From assembly GCA_041653675.1 (NCBI GenBank), contig JBAZEY010000007.1, forward strand, positions 1-60,981: a stretch of 60,981 nucleotides of DNA. Direction: 5' to 3'. Under the pieces are notes generated by a model. It had not been told where the DNA came from, did no database searches, and saw only the letters and a program-made list of their open reading frames with translations. Origin of the DNA: Patescibacteria group bacterium (lineage in GTDB: Bacteria; Patescibacteriota; Patescibacteriia; XYB2-FULL-38-15). Below, piece after piece: positions 60,378 through 60,981 of this stretch. How positions within the stretch are numbered: position 1 is the first letter of the stretch; every line of letters starts with the position of its first letter. The translations under genes were made by a program, and so were the position numbers.

Positions 60378-60981
60378 ATGGCGCGAAAATTAATAAAATT
60401 TATTTTACTTCCGGCACTTGCTTTGATGCTGCTCATTTCCGCAACTCCAGTTTTAGCCCAAACAACTGAATCAAGCTCTCAATGCTGGTCAAAGTCCGAC
60501 TGCGTTTCAAAAACGGAAAACTGCGCGGCATGTTTTGAACCGCAGGAAACTTTTTGCGGCACGGGGCGTGGTTTCTGCTATGCTAAACCCGTGCCCGCGA
60601 CTTTGGAAATTTCCCTTGGCGGCTTAAGCGAAGTTTCTGATCCGGCTCAATATATTTCCCAACTTTATCAATGGACAATTTCTGTCACGGGAATTTTAGC
60701 CGGCATCATGATTATGATCGGCGGACTTCTCTATCTCACGGCCGGCGGATCGCCCGAGCGCGTTTCAAATGCCAAAAGTTATATCAGCAATGCCTTAATC
60801 GGTTTAATCTTGGCTTTGACTTCTTACTTTTTATTGCAAACCGTAAACCCGGCACTTTTAAATTTAAGATTCCCTAAAGTTCCTCTTGTCCAAGCCGTGG
60901 TTCCCCCCTCTGATTTTTGCGAAGACTTGGCGGAAAATTCCGATATTCAAATTACTTCTTCAACCGGAGGAACCAAATGCG
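60378..60981 (+). CDS. TrbC/VirB2-like pilin-type membrane protein, 3'-partial (runs off the window; not in the ORF track)
   Basis: Hand translation is open to the window end. Signal peptide, a Cys-rich segment (CWSKSDC..CAACFEPQETFCG..FCY), then two TM helices with ..AKSYISNALIGLILALTSYFLLQTVNPALL. Confidence 0.6.
   Translation, partial: MARKLIKFILLPALALMLLISATPVLAQTTESSSQCWSKSDCVSKTENCAACFEPQETFCGTGRGFCYAKPVPATLEISLGGLSEVSDPAQYISQLYQWTISVTGILAGIMIMIGGLLYLTAGGSPERVSNAKSYISNALIGLILALTSYFLLQTVNPALLNLRFPKVPLVQAVVPPSDFCEDLAENSDIQITSSTGGTKC

Noticed and set aside
1-60981. CRISPR arrays, rRNA genes, integrases, transposases and prophage structural genes.
   Set aside because: No regularly spaced direct repeats with unique spacers were seen. 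The repeats present are coding repeats or terminators. No 16S/23S/5S signatures were seen. No ORF has recombinase or transposase motifs.
1-60981. Alternative genetic code (UGA recoding, as in some CPR lineages).
   Set aside because: Long conserved genes (ileS, rnj, purA, trpS) translate uninterrupted under code 11. TGA also ends ORFs I read by hand: the 38554-38769 gene and the R-M remnant frame at 21015.

Overview
This window looks like a streamlined, AT-rich bacterial genome of the Patescibacteria/CPR type, under the standard genetic code. Hand counts on sample lines give about 30-45% GC in most genes. It is rich in small membrane or secreted proteins of unknown function. Most genes are on the minus strand.

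Recognisable content:
- Housekeeping genes: purA, ileS (type 2), trpS, ruvA, rnj, secG, a FemAB-family gene, a Nif3-like gene, and PFOR gamma/delta/alpha subunits.
- RNA genes: four tRNAs (Val-GAC, Ala-UGC, Arg-CCG, Leu-CAG) and RNase P RNA.
- An oxygen-detoxification cluster: rubrerythrin, desulforedoxin, a rubredoxin-flavoprotein, a cupredoxin and superoxide reductase.
- A surface-glycan cluster: DUF4012, three GT4 glycosyltransferases and a priming sugar transferase.
- A type II R-M pair lying next to the remnant of an older R-M gene.
- A lexA-like module and an ECF sigma/anti-sigma pair.

Observations most worth follow-up:
1. A GIY-YIG gene is precisely bracketed by 14-17 bp inverted repeats. 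A 134-bp ORF-less derivative of the same element is wedged between the sigma and anti-sigma genes.
2. Four sharply bounded high-GC cassettes (about 57-68% GC on sampled lines) sit in the AT-rich background. They are purA, an M23/Cys-rich/propeller effector operon, and two cassettes of tiny zinc-finger proteins; one of these two starts about 30 bp from tRNA-Arg.
3. An ~85-nt element occurs twice, and its 11-bp hairpin differs by fully compensatory substitutions.
4. A promoter-to-terminator ~75-nt sRNA candidate.
5. A 591-aa protein is built from about 10 copies of an unrecognised ~40-aa repeat.
6. A PFOR operon has no beta subunit where one is expected.

No CRISPR array, rRNA, integrase or transposase was seen. 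All homology calls are from motif recognition by eye; no searches were run.
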